A stretch of DNA of 64,000 nucleotides from NCBI RefSeq assembly GCF_964194155.1, contig NW_027596458.1:186001-250000 (forward strand). Direction: 5' to 3'. This document shows positions 49,939-63,751 of this stretch, in pieces. Under the pieces are notes generated by a model. The model did not search any database, was not told the origin of the DNA, and saw nothing but the letters and a program-made list of their open reading frames with translations. Position 1 is the first letter of the stretch, and each line of letters opens with the position of its first letter. The position numbers were made by a program, and so were the translations under genes. Source of the DNA: Cetorhinus maximus (taxonomy: Eukaryota).

Positions 49939-52900
49939 CAAACCCCATCAATCAGTCAACAATCCCGATCACCCAGTCACCAAACTCTATCATCCAGTCA
50001 CCAAACTCTATCATCCAGTCACCAAACTCTATCGCCCAGGCACCAATCCCCATCACTCAGTCACCAAGCCCCAAAACACAGTCACTATCCCCATCACCCA
50101 GTCACCACACTCCATCACCCAGTCACCAATTCCAACCACCCAGTCACCAAGCCCCATCACCCAGTCACCAACACCATCACCCAGTCTCCAAACCCCATTA
50201 TACAAGAACCAAGGCCCATCAACCAGTTCATCACCCAATCACCAAACCCCATCATCCTGTCGCCAAGCCCCATCACCCGGTCACCAAACCACATCACACA
50301 GGTACGAAACCCCATCACCCAGCCACCAAATCCAATCACCCAGTCACCAAACCCCATCACATAGGTACCAAACCCCATCACACAGTTGCCAAACACCGTC
50401 ACCCATTCCCAAACCCCATCACGCAGTCACCAAACCACATCACCCAGGTACGAAACCCCATCAACCAGCCATCAAATCCCATCACCCAGTCGGCAAACCC
50501 CATCACATAGGTACCAAACCCCATCACCCAGTTGCCAAACACTATCACCCAGTCGCCAAACCCCATCATCCAGGTACCAAACCCCATCACCTAGTCACCA
50601 AACCCCATCACCCAGTCACCAAACCCAATCACCCAGTTGCCAAACCCCATCACCCAGTCATCAAACCCCATCACCCAGTTACCAAACCCCATCACCCAGT
50701 CAACAAATCCCATCACCCGGTCACCAATCCCCATCACCCAGTCACTATTATCATTACCCAGTCACCAACACCATCACCCAGTCTCCAAACACCATTATCC
50801 AAGTACCAAGGCCCATCAACCAGTCACCAAACGGCATCGCCCACTCATCAACTGCATCGCCCATTCATCAATGCCCATCACCCAGTCACCAAATCCCATC
50901 ACCCAGTCACAACCCTCATGACTCAGTCAACAAACTCCATCGCCCAATCACGAGGTTCATCACCCTGTCATAAAACCCCATCAACCAGACATTAGACCCA
51001 TCACCCAGTCACCAAACCACACCACATTGACACTATCCCCTTCACCCAGTCAGCAAACCCCATCACCCAGTCACCAAACCCCATCACCCAGTCACCAAAC
51101 CCCATCAACCAGTCACCAAACCCCATCACCCAGTCACCAATCCCCATCACCCAGTCACTATTATCATTACCCACTCACCAAACCCCATCACCCAGTCACC
51201 AAACCCCATCACCAAGTTGCCAAACCCCATCACCCAGGTACCAAACCCCATCACCCAGGTACCAAACCCCATCACCCAGGTACCAAACCCCATTACCCAG
51301 TCACCAAACCCAATCACTCAGTCACCAAACCCCATCACGCAGTCACCAAACCCCATCACCCGGTCATGAATTCCCAACACCCAGTCACTATTATCATTAC
51401 CAAGTCACCAACACCATCACCCAGTCTCCAAACACCATTATCCAAGTACCAAGGCCCATGAACCATTCACCAAACCCCATCGCCCACTCATCAACCACAT
51501 CGCCCATTCCTCAATCCCCATTACCCAGTCACCAAATCCCATTACCCAGTTACAACCCTCAAGACTCAGTCAATAAACTCCATCACCCAATCACTAGATT
51601 CATCACCCTGTCATCAAACTCCATCAACCAGACATTAGACCCATCACCCAGTCACCAAACCACACCACACTGTCACTATCCCCTTCACCCAGACATCAAA
51701 CCCCATCACCCAGTCACTATCCCCACCACCCAGTACCAAAACCCCATAACGCAGTCACCATACCCCATCACCCGGTCACCATTACCCAGTCACCAAACCC
51801 CATCACCCAGTCACCAAACCCCGTCACCCAGTCACCAAAACCCATCACCCAGTCACCAAACTCAATCACTCAGTCACCAAACCCCATCATCCAGCCACCA
51901 AACCCCAGCACCCAGTCACCAAATCCCAGCACCCAGTCACCAAACCACATCACCCAATAACTAAACCCCATCACCCAGTCACCAAACCCCATCACCCAGT
52001 CACCAATCCCTATCAGCCAGTCACTATTATCATTACCCAACCACCAACACCATCACCCAGTCTCCAAACCCCATTATCCAAGTACCAAGGCCCATCAACC
52101 AGTAACCAAAACCCAACACCCACTCATCAACCGCATCGCCCATTCATCAATCCCCATCACCCAGTCACCAAATCCCATCACCCAGTCACAACCCTCATGA
52201 CTCAGTCAACAAATTCCATCACACAATCACTAGGTTCATCACCCTGTCATCAAACACCTTCAACCAGACATTAGACCCATCACCCAGTCACCAAACCACA
52301 CCACACTGTCACTATCCCCTTCACCCAGTCATCAAGCCCCATCACCTATTCACTATCCCCACCACCCAGTCACCAAACCCCATCACCCAGTCACCAAACA
52401 CCATTGCCCAGGTGCCAAACCCCATCACCCAGTCACCAAATCTAATCACCCATTCACTATCCTCATCGCCCAGTCGCCAAACCCCATCACCCAGTTACCA
52501 AACCCCATCACCCAGTCACCAAACCCCATCAACCAGTCACAAAACCCCATCACCCAGTCACCAAACCCCATCACCCGATCACCAAACCCCATCAACCAGT
52601 CACCAAACCCCATCACCTGATCACCAAACCCCATCACCCAGTCACCAAACCCCATCACCCAGTCACCAATCCCCATCACCCAGTCACTATTATCATTACC
52701 CAGTCACCGACACCATCACCCAGTATCCAAACCCTATTATACAAGCACCAACGCCCAACAACCAGTCTCCAAACCCCTTCGCCCACTCATCAATGGCATC
52801 GGCCATTCATCAATCCCCATCACCCAGTCACCAAATCACATCACCCAGTTACAACCCTCATGACTCAGTGAACAAACTCCATCACCCAATCACTAGGTTC

Positions 52901-55900
52901 ATCACCCTGTCATCAAACCCCATCAACCAGACATTAAACCAATCACACAGTCACCAAACCACACCACACTGTCAATATCCCCACCACCCAGTCACCAAAC
53001 CCCATCACCCAGTCACCAAACCCCATCATCCAGTCACCAAACCCCGTCATCCAGGTACCAAACCATATCACCCAGTCACCAAAACTCATCACCCAGGTAC
53101 CAAACCCCATCACCCAGTCACCAAACCCCATCACCCAGTCACCAAACCCCATCACCCAGTCACCAAACCCCATCATCCAGTCACCAAACCCCATCACCCG
53201 GTCAGCAATCCCCAACACCCAGTCACTATTATCATTACCCAGTCACCAACACCATCACCCAGTCTCTAAACCCCATTATCCAATTACCAAGGCCCATCAA
53301 CCAGTCAACGAACCCCATCATCTACTCATCAACCGCATCGCCAATTCATCAATCCCCATCACCCAGTCACCAAATCCCATCACCCAGTCACAACCCTCAT
53401 GACTCAGTCAACAAATTCCATCACACAATCACTAGGTTCATCACCCTGTCATCAAACACCTTCAACCAGACATTAGACCCATCACCCAGTCACCAAACCA
53501 CACCACACTGCCACTATCCCCTTCACCCAGTCATCAAGCCCCATCACCTATTCACTATCCCCACCACCCAGTCACCAAACCCCATCACCCAGTCACCAAA
53601 CACCATTGCCCAGGTGCCAAACCCCATCACCCAGTCACCAAACTCGGTCATCCAGTCACCAAACACCATTGCCAAGCCACCAAACCCCATCATCCAGTCA
53701 CCAAATCTAATCACCCATTCACTATCCTCATCGCCCAGTCGCCAAACCCCATCACCCAGTTACCAAACCCCATCACCCAGTCACCAAACCCCATCAACCA
53801 GTCACCAAACCCCATCACCCAGTCACCAAACCCCATCACCCGATCACCAAACCCCATCAACCAGTCACCAAACCCCATCACCTGATCACCAAACCCCATC
53901 ACCCAGTCACCAAACCCCATCACCCAGTCACCAATCCCCATCATCCAGTCACTATTATCATTACCCAGTCACCGACACCATCACCCAGTATCCAAACCCT
54001 ATTATACAAGCACCAACGCCCAACAACCAGTCTCCAAACCCCTTCGCCCACTCATCAATGGCATCGGCCATTCATCAATCCCCATCACCCAGTCACCAAA
54101 TCACATCACCCAGTTACAACCCTCATGACTCAGTGAACAAACTCCATCACCCAATCACTAGGTTCATCACCCTGTCATCAAACCCCATCAACCAGACATT
54201 AAACCAATCACACAGTCACCAAACCACACCACACTGTCAATATCCCCACCACCCAGTCACCAAACCCCATCACCCAGTCACCAAACCCCATCATCCAGTC
54301 ACCAAACCCCGTCATCCAGGTACCAAACCATATCACCCAGTCACCAAAACTCATCACCCAGGTACCAAACCCCATCACCCAGTCACCAAACCCCATCACC
54401 CAGTCACCAAACCCCATCACCCAGTCACCAAACCCCATCATCCAGTCACCAAACCCCATCACCCGGTCAGCAATCCCCAACACCCAGTCACTATTATCAT
54501 TACCCAGTCACCAACACCATCACCCAGTCTCTAAACCCCATTATCCAATTACCAAGGCCCATCAACCAGTCAACGAACCCCATCATCTACTCATCAACCG
54601 CATCGCCAATTCATCAATCCCCATTACCCAGTCACCAAATCCTATCACCCAGTTACAACCCTCATAACTCAGTCAACAAATTGCATCACCCAATCACTAG
54701 GTTCATCACCTTGTCATCAAACCTCATCAACCAGACATTAGACCCATCACCCAGTCACCAAACCACACCACACTGTCACTATCCCCAACACCCAGTCACA
54801 AAACCGCATTGCCCAGCCACCAAACCCCATCATGCAGTCACCAAACCCCATCACCCAGTCTCCAAACCCCATCACTCAGGTACCAAACCCCATCACCGAG
54901 GTACCAAACCCCATCACACATTTACAATCCTCATCGCCCAGTCGCCAAACCCCATCACCCAAATACCAAACCCCATCATCCAGTCACCAAATCCAATCAC
55001 CCAGTCATTAACCTCATTGCCCAGTCGCCAAACCCCATCACACAGTCAACAAACCCCATCATCCAGCCGCCAAACCCCATCACGCAGGGAACAAACCCCA
55101 TCACCTAGGTACGAAACCCCATCACCCAGTCACTATCTTCATCGCCCAGTCGCCAAACCCCATCACCCAATCACCAAACACAATCATCCAGTCACAAAAC
55201 CCCATCACCCCGTCAACAAACCCCATCACCCAGTTGCCAAACCCCATCACCCAGTCGCCATACCCCATCACTCAGTGACCAAACCCCATCACTCAGTGAC
55301 CAAACCCCATCACTCAGTGACCAAACCCCATCACTCAGTGACCAAACCCCATCACCCAGTCGGCAAACCCGATCACCCAGGTACCAAACCCCATCACCCA
55401 GTCACTATCTTCATCGCCCAGTCACCTAACCCCATCACCCAATCACCAAACCCCATCACCCAATCATTATATCATTACCCAGTCACCAACACCATCACCC
55501 AGTCTCCAAACCCCATTATACAAGTACCAAGGCACATCAACCAGTCAACAAACCCCATCGCCCACTCATCAACGGCATCGCCCATTCATCAATCCCCATC
55601 ACCCAGTCACCAAATCCCATAACCCAGTTACAATCCTCAAGAATCAGTCAACAAACTCCATCACCCAATCGCTAGGTTCATCGCCCTGTCACCAAACCCC
55701 ATCAGCCAGGCATTAAACCCATCACCCAGTCACCACACCACACCACACTGCCACAATCCCTTTCACCCAGTCACCAAACCCCATCACCCAGTCACCAAAC
55801 CGGATAGCCCAGTCACCAAACCCCATCACCCAATCACCAAACCCCATCATCCAGTCGCCAAACCCCATCACCCAGTCGCCAATCCCCATCACCCAGCCAC

Positions 55901-58900
55901 CAAATCCTATCACCCAGTCGCCAACCCCCATCACATAGGTACCAAACCCAATGACCCAGCTGCCAAATCCCATCAGCCAGTCGCCAAACCCCATCACCCA
56001 GTCGCCAATCCCCATCACCCAGTAACCAAATTACATCACCCAGTCACAAAATCCCATCACCCAATCGCCAAACACATTCACCCAGGTACCAAACCCCATC
56101 ACCTAGTCACCAAACCCCATCATCCAGTCACCAAACCCCATCATCCAGTCACCAAACCGTATCACCCAGTCATCAAACCCCATCACCCAGACACCAAACC
56201 CGATCACTCGGACACCATACCCCATCACCCAGTCACCAAACCCCATCACCCAGGTACCAAACTCCATCACCCAGTCACCAAACCCCATCACCCAGTCACC
56301 AAACCCCATCACCCAGTCACTAAACCCCATCACCCAGTCACTATAATCATTACCAAGTCACCAACACCATCACCCAGTCTCCCAACCCCATTATCCAAGT
56401 ACCAAGGCCCATCAACCAGTCACCAAACCCCATCGCCCACTCATCAACCGCATCGCCCATTCATCAATCCTCATCACCCAGTCACCAAATCCCATCACCC
56501 AGTTACAACTCTCATGAATTAGTCAATATTCTCCATCACCCAATCACTAGGTTCATCATCCTGTCATCAAACCCCATCAACCAGACATTAGACTCGTCAC
56601 CCAGTCACCAAGCCACACCTCACTGTCACTATCCCCTCCACCCAGTCATCAAAACCTACCACTCATTCACTATCCCCACCACCCAGTCACCAAACCCCAT
56701 CACCCGGACGCCAAACCTCATCACCCAGTCACCATCACCCAGCACCAAACCCCATCACCCAGTCACCAAATCCCATCACCCAGGTACCAAACCACATCAC
56801 CCAATAATCAAACCCCATTGCACAGCCACCAAACCCCTACATCCAGCCGCCAAACCCTATCACTCAGGGACCAAACCCCATCACCCGGTCACCAATCCCC
56901 AACAGACAGTCAATATTTTCATTACCCAGTCACCAACACCATCACCCAGTCTCCAAACCCCATTATCCAAGTACCAAGGCCCATCAACCACTCACCAAAT
57001 CCCATCATCCACTAATCAACCGCATCGACAATTCATCAATCCCCATTACCCAGACACCAAATCCCATCACCCAGTTACAAACCTCGTAACTCAGTCAACA
57101 AACTCCATCACCCAATCACTATGTTCATCACCCTGTCATCAAACCCCATCAACCAGACATTAGACCCATCACCCAGTCACCAAACCACACCACACTGTCA
57201 CTATCCCCTTCACCCAGTCATCATACCCCATCACCCAGTCACTATCCCCACCACCCTGTCACCAAACCACATCACCCAGTCACCAAACCCCATTGCCCAG
57301 CCATCAAACTCCGTCATGCAGTCGCCAAACCCCATCATCCAGTCGCCAAACCGCATCACTCAGGTACCAAACCCGATCACCCAGGTACCAAACCACATCA
57401 CACATTTACAATCCTCATCGCCCAGTCGCCAAACCCTATCACCCAAACACCAAACCCCATCATCCAGTCACCAAATCCCATCGCCCAGTCACTATCCTCA
57501 TCGCCTAGTCGCCAAATCCCATCACACAGTCACCAAACCCCATCATCCAGACACCAAACCCTATCACCCAGTCACCAAACCCCAGCACACATTCACCAAA
57601 CCCAAGCACCCGGTCACCAAACCCCATCACCCAGTCACCAAATCCCATCACCCAGGTACCAAACCCTATCAGCCAATAACCAAACCCCATCACCCAGTCA
57701 TGAAACCCCATCACCCAGTCATTATTATCATTACCCAGTCACCAACACCATCACCCAGTCTCCAAACTCCATTATTCAAGTACCAAGGCCTGTCAACCAG
57801 TCACCAAACCCCATCACCCACTCCTCAACCGCATCGCTCATTTATCAATCCCCATCACCCAGTCACCAAATCCCGTCACCCAGTCACAGCCCTCATGACT
57901 CAGTCAACAAACTCCATCACCCAATCACTAGGTTCATCACCCTGTCATCAAACCCCAACAATCAGACATTAGACCCATCACCCAGTCACCAAACCACATC
58001 ACACTGTCACTATCCCCTTCACCCAGTCATCAAGCCCCAACAACCAGTCACTATCCACACCACCCAGTCACCAAACCCCATTGCCCAGGTACCAAACCCC
58101 ATCGCCCAGTCACCAAACCGTGTCACACAGTCACCAAACACCATTGCCCAGCCGCCAAGCCCCATCATCCAGTCGCCAAACCCCATCACCCAGTCGCCAA
58201 ACCCCATCACTCAGGGACCAAACCCCATCACCCAGGTACCAAACCCCATCACCCAGTCACTTTCCTCATTGCCCAGTCGCCAAACCCCATCACCCAATCA
58301 CCAAACCCCATCATCCAGTCACCAAATCCCATCACACAATCACTATCCCCACCACCCAGTCACCAAGCCCCATCACCAAGGTACCAAACCCCATCACCCA
58401 GTCACCAAACCCCATCACCCAGTCACCAAATCCCATCACCCAGGTACCATACCCCATCACCCAATAACCAAACCCCATTGCCCATTCACCAAACCCAAGC
58501 ACCCGGTCACCAAACCCCAGCACCCAGTCACCAAATCCCATCACCCAGGTACCAAACCCCATCACCCAATAACCAAACCCCATCACCCAGTCACCAAACC
58601 CCATCACCCAGTCGCCAAACCCCATCACGCAGCCAACAAACCCCATCATCCAGTCACTAAACCACATCACCCAGTCAGGAAACCCCATCACCCAGTCACC
58701 AAACCCCATCACCCAGGTACCAAACTCCATCACCCAGTCACCAAACCCCATCACCCAGTTGCCAAACCCCATCACCCAGTCGCCAAACCCCATCACCCAG
58801 TCACCAATCCCCATCAGCCAGTCACCAAACCCCATCACCCGCTCACCAATTCCCATCAGCCAGTCACCACACCCCATCACCCAGTCACCAAACCACATCA

Positions 58901-61900
58901 CCCATTCACCAAACCCCAGCACCCGGTCACCAAACCCCATCACCCAGTCACCAAATCCCATCACCCAGGTACCAAACCCCATCACCCAATAACCAAACCC
59001 CATCACCCAGTCTTGAAACCCCATCACCCGGTCAGCAATCCCCAACACCCAGTCACTATTATCATTACCCAGTCACCAACACCATCACCCAGTCTCCAAA
59101 CCCCATTATCCAAGTACCAAGGCCTATCAAACAGTCACCAAACCCCATCACCCACTCATCAACAGCATCGCCCATTTATCAATCCCCATCACCTAGACAC
59201 CAAATCCCATCACCCAGCCACCAAATCCCATCACCCAGTCACCAAACCCCATCACATAGGTACCAAACTCCATCACAGAGTCACCAGACACCACCACCCA
59301 GTCACCAAAACCCATCACCCAGTTGCCAAATCCCATCATCCAGTCACCAAACCCCATCACCCAGTCACCAAACCCAATCACCTGGTCACCAAACTCCATC
59401 ACCCAGTCACCAAACCCCTTCACCCAGGTACCAAACCCCTTCACCCTGTCACCAAACCCCATCACCCGGTCACCAATTCCCATCACCCAGTCACTACTAT
59501 CATTACCCAGTCACCAACACCATCACCCAGTCTCCAAACCCCATTATCCAAGTACTAAGGCCCATCAACCATTCACCAAACCCCATCGCCCACTCATCAA
59601 CCACATCGCCCATTCATCAATCCCCATCACCCAGTCACCAAATCCCATCACCCAGTTGCAACCCTCAAGACTCAGTCAACAAACTCCATCACCCAATCAC
59701 TAGGTTCATCACCCTGTCATCAAACCCCATCATCGAGACATTAGACCCATCACCCAGTCACCAAACCACACCGCACTGTCTCTATCCTCTTCACCCATTC
59801 ATCAAACCCCATCACCCAGTCACTATCCCCGCCACCCAGTACCAAAACCCCATCACCCGGTCACCAAACCCGCTCACCCAGTCACCAAACCCCATCACCC
59901 AGTCTCCAAACCCCATCACACAGTCACCAAACCCCATCACCCAGTCACCAAATCCCATCACCCAGTCACCAAACCCCAGCACCCGGTCACCAAACCCCAT
60001 CACACAGTCACCAAGTCCCAGCACCCAGATACCAAACCCCATCACCCAATAACCAAACCCCATCACCCAGTCACCAAACCCAATCACCCAGTCGTCAATC
60101 CCTGCCACCCAGTCACTATTATCATTACCCACTCACCAACACCATCACCCAGTCTCCAAACCACACCACACTGTCACTATCCCCTTCACCCAGTCATCAA
60201 GCCCCATCACCCAGTCACTATCCACACCACCCAGTCACCAAACTCCATCACCCGGTCACCAAACACCATTTCCCAGGTACCAAACCCCATCACCCAGTCA
60301 CCAAAACCCGTCACCCAGTCACCAAACACCATTGCCCAGTCGCCAAACCCCATCATCCAGTCGCCAAACCCCATCACCCAGTCGCCAAACCCCATCACTC
60401 AGGGACCAAACCCCATCACCCAGGTACCAAACCCCATCACCCAATCACTATCCTCATTGCCCAGTCGCCAAAACCCATCACCTAATTATCAAACCCCATC
60501 ATCCAGTCACCAAATCCCATCACCCAGTCACTATCCCCACCACCCAGTCACCAATCCCCAACACCCAGTCTCTATTATCATTACCCAGTCACCAACACCA
60601 TCACCCAGTCTCCAAACCCCATTAACCAAGTGCCAAGGCCCATCAACCAGTCACCAAACCCAATCATCCAGTCACCAATCCCCAACACCCAGTCTCTATT
60701 ATCAATACCCAGTCACCAACACCATCACCCAGTCTCCAAACCCCATTAACCAAGTGCCAATGCCCATCAACCAGTCACCAAACCCCATCATCCACTCATC
60801 AACCGCATCGCCCATTCATCAATCCCCATTACCCACAAACCAAATCCCATCACCCAGTTACAACCCTCATAATTCAGTCAACAAACTCCATCACCCAATC
60901 ACTAGGTTCATCACCCTGTCATAAAACGCCATCAACCAGACATTAGTTCCATCGCCCAGTCACCAAACCACATCACACTGTCACTATCCCCTTCACCCAG
61001 TCATCAAACCCCATCACCCAGTCACTATCCCCACCACCCAGTCACCAAACCCCATTGCCCAGCCACCAAACCCCGTCACGCAGTCGCCAAACCCCATCAC
61101 CCAGTCGCCAAATCCCATCACTCAGGTACCAAACCCCATCACCCAGGTACCAAACCCCATCACCCATTTACAATCCTCATCGCCCAGTCGCCAAACCCCA
61201 TCACCCAATAACCAAACCCCATCACCCAGTCACGAAACCCCATCACCCGGTCAGCAATCCCCAACACCCAGTCACTATTATCATTACTCAGTCACCAACA
61301 CTATCACTCAGTCTCCAAACCCCATTATCCAAGTACCAAGGCCTATCAACCAGTCACCAAATCCCATCACCCAGTCACAACCCTCATGACTCAGTCAACA
61401 AACTTCATCACCCAATCACTAGGTTCATCACCCTGTCATCAAACCCCATCAACCAGACATTAGACCCATCACCCAGTCACCAAACCACACCACCTTGACA
61501 CTATCCCCTTCACCCAGTCGCCAAACCCCATCACCCTGTCACCAAACCCCATCACCCAGTCACCAAACCCCATCCCCCAGTCACCAAATCCCATCACCCA
61601 GTCACCAAATCCCATCACCCAGGTACCATATCCCATCACCCAATAACCAAACCCCATCATCCAGCCACCAAACCTCATCACTCAGGTACCACACCCCATC
61701 ACCCAGGTACCAAACCCCATCATCCAGTCACGAAACCCCATCACCCAGTCACTATCCTGATCGCCCAGTCGCCAAACCCCATCACGCAGCCACCAAACCC
61801 CATCATCCAGTCACTAAACCACATCACCCAGTCAGGAAACCCCATCACCCAGTCACCAAACCCCATTACCCAGGTACCAAACCCCATCACCCAGTCACCA

Positions 61901-62172
61901 AACCCCATCACCCAGTTGCCAAACCCCATCACCCAGTCACCTAACCCCATCACCCGGTCACCAATCCCCATCACCCAGGCACCATGCCCACCACCAGGTC
62001 ACAACACCCCATCACCCAGTCACCAAACCTCATCACCAAGTCAGCTAACCGCATCACCCAGTCACCAAAATCCATTAGGCAGTCATTATCCCCATCACCC
62101 ATTCATTAACCCCATCACACAGTTACCAAACCCCATCACACAGTCACCAAAACCCATCACCCAGTCACTATC
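49939..62172. repeat. Minisatellite D (main part): 21-bp unit CCCAGTCACCAAACCCCATCA, roughly 580 copies, with a recurring ~300-bp cassette of diverged monomers
   Basis: 7-aa periodicity (PVTKPHH / QSPNPIT / SHQTPSP) equals 21 bp. The cassette marker CACTAGGTTCATCACCCTG and close variants recur about 14 times. Confidence 0.96.
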
Positions 62173-62189
62173 TTGAACAACGTGTCCCC

Positions 62190-63108
62190 AGCAGATAATC
62201 AAAAGATGTCACAGACAAAGGAACAAAGAGATGTTGAAGGTGGTGATATTATCTAAACGATTGTGCTAATTAAGAATGGATGGCAGGACACACAAGGTAC
62301 AGCTCTAGTGGGGGTGGGGTGGAAAGACTGACAGGGCATTAAAGGTATAGATTTAGAAATAATGGAAATAGGCGGGAAAAGAAACATCTATATAAATTAT
62401 TGGAAAAAACAAAAGGGAGGGGGAAGAAACGGAAAGGGGGTGGGGATGGAGGAGGGAGTTCAAGATCTAAAGTTGTTGAATCAATATTCAGTCCGAAAGG
62501 CTGTAAAGTGCCTAGTCGGAAGATGAGGTGCTGTTCCTCCAGTTTGCATTGTGCTTCACTGGAACAATGCAGCAAGCCAAGCACAGACATGTGGGCAAAA
62601 GAGCAGGGTGGAGTGTTAAAATGGCAAGCGACAGGGAGGTTTGGGTCTTTCTTGCGGACTTTGCAGGTGTTCTGCAAAGCGGTGGCCCAGTTTATATCTG
62701 GTCTCTCCAATGTAGAGGAGACCGCATTGGGAGCAACGAATGCAGTAGACTAAGTTAGGGGAAATGCAAGTGAAATGCTGCTTCACTTGAAAGGAGTGCT
62801 TGGGCCCTTGGACGGTGAGGAGAGAGGAAGTGAAGGGGCAGGTGTTGCATCTTCTGCGTGGGCATGGGGAGGTGCCATAGGTGGGGGTTGAGGAGTAGGG
62901 GGTGATGGAGGAGTGGAACGGAGGGAACGATCCCTACGGAATGCCGCCAGGGGGGTGAAGGGAAGATGTGTTTGGTGGTGGCATCATGCTGGAGTTGGCG
63001 GAAATGGCGGAGGATGATCCTTTGAATGCAGAGGCTGGTGGGGTGATTAGTGAGGACAAGGGGGACCCTATCATGTTTCTGGGAGGGAGGAGAAGGCGTG
63101 AGGGTGGA
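62190..63108 (-). mobile_element. Penelope-like retroelement fragment (region upstream of and including the GIY-YIG endonuclease, plus part of the 3' end), inverted copy
   Basis: Minus-strand translations DRVPLVLTNHPTSLCIQRIILRHFRQLQHDATTKHIFP and PVACHFNTPPCS...KLEEQHLIFRLGTLQPFGLNI, frameshifted. 62190-62829 is the reverse complement of 63109-63751. Confidence 0.88.
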
Positions 63109-63751
63109 TTCCTTTCTCCTCACCATCCAAGGGCCCAAACACTCCTTTCAAGTGAAGCAGCATTTCACTTGCATTTCCCCTAACTTAGTCTACTGCATTC
63201 ATTGCTCCCAATGCGGTCTCCTCTACATTGGAGAGACCAAACGTAAACTGGGCAACCGCTTTGCAGAACACCTGCGGTCTGTCCGCAAGAAAGACCCAAA
63301 CCTCCCTGTTGCTTGCCATTTTAACACTCCACCCTGCCCTCTTGCCCACATGTCTGTCCTTGGCTTGCTGCATTGTTCCAGTGAAGCCCAACGCAAACTG
63401 GAGGAACAGCACCTCATCTTCTGATTAGGCACTTTACAGCCTTTCGGACTGAATATTGAATTCAACAACTTTAGGTCTTGAACTCCCTCCCCCATCCCCA
63501 CCCCCTTTCCGTTTCTTTCCCCTCCCTTTTGTTTTTTCCAATAATTTATATAGATGTTTCTTTTCCCACCTATTTCCATTATTTCTAAATCTATACCTTT
63601 AATGCCCTGTCAGTATTTCCACCCCACCCCCACTAGAGCTGTACCTTGTGTGTCCTGCCATCCATTCTTAATTAGCACAATCGTTTAGATAATATCACCA
63701 CCTTCAACATCTCTTTGTTCCTTTGTCTGTGACATCTTTTGATTATCTGCT
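62190..63751. repeat. Long inverted repeat: arms 62190-62829 and 63109-63751, 279-bp spacer
   Basis: For example, AGCAGATAATCAAAAGATGTCACAGACAAAGG at 62190 pairs with CCTTTGTCTGTGACATCTTTTGATTATCTGCT ending at 63751. The arms differ by scattered substitutions and small indels. Confidence 0.95.

Noticed and set aside
49939-62172. Cassettes in array D as captured foreign spacers, or AAACCCC as telomeric repeat
   Set aside because: The cassettes are homologous to each other and keep 21-bp register with monomer remnants. No (TTAGGG)n tract is present.
41727-62176. His/Pro-rich (PVTKPHH)n, extensin-like and Gly/Trp-rich ORFs
   Set aside because: They are translations of the 16-bp and 21-bp minisatellites, overlapping in several frames on both strands.
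61960-62189. Possible hidden upstream cyclase exon at the end of array D
   Set aside because: The sequence is degenerate 21-mer, with no recognisable H-NOBA peptide (such as LKGQM or FLGTP) on the minus strand. The upstream exon must lie beyond the window.
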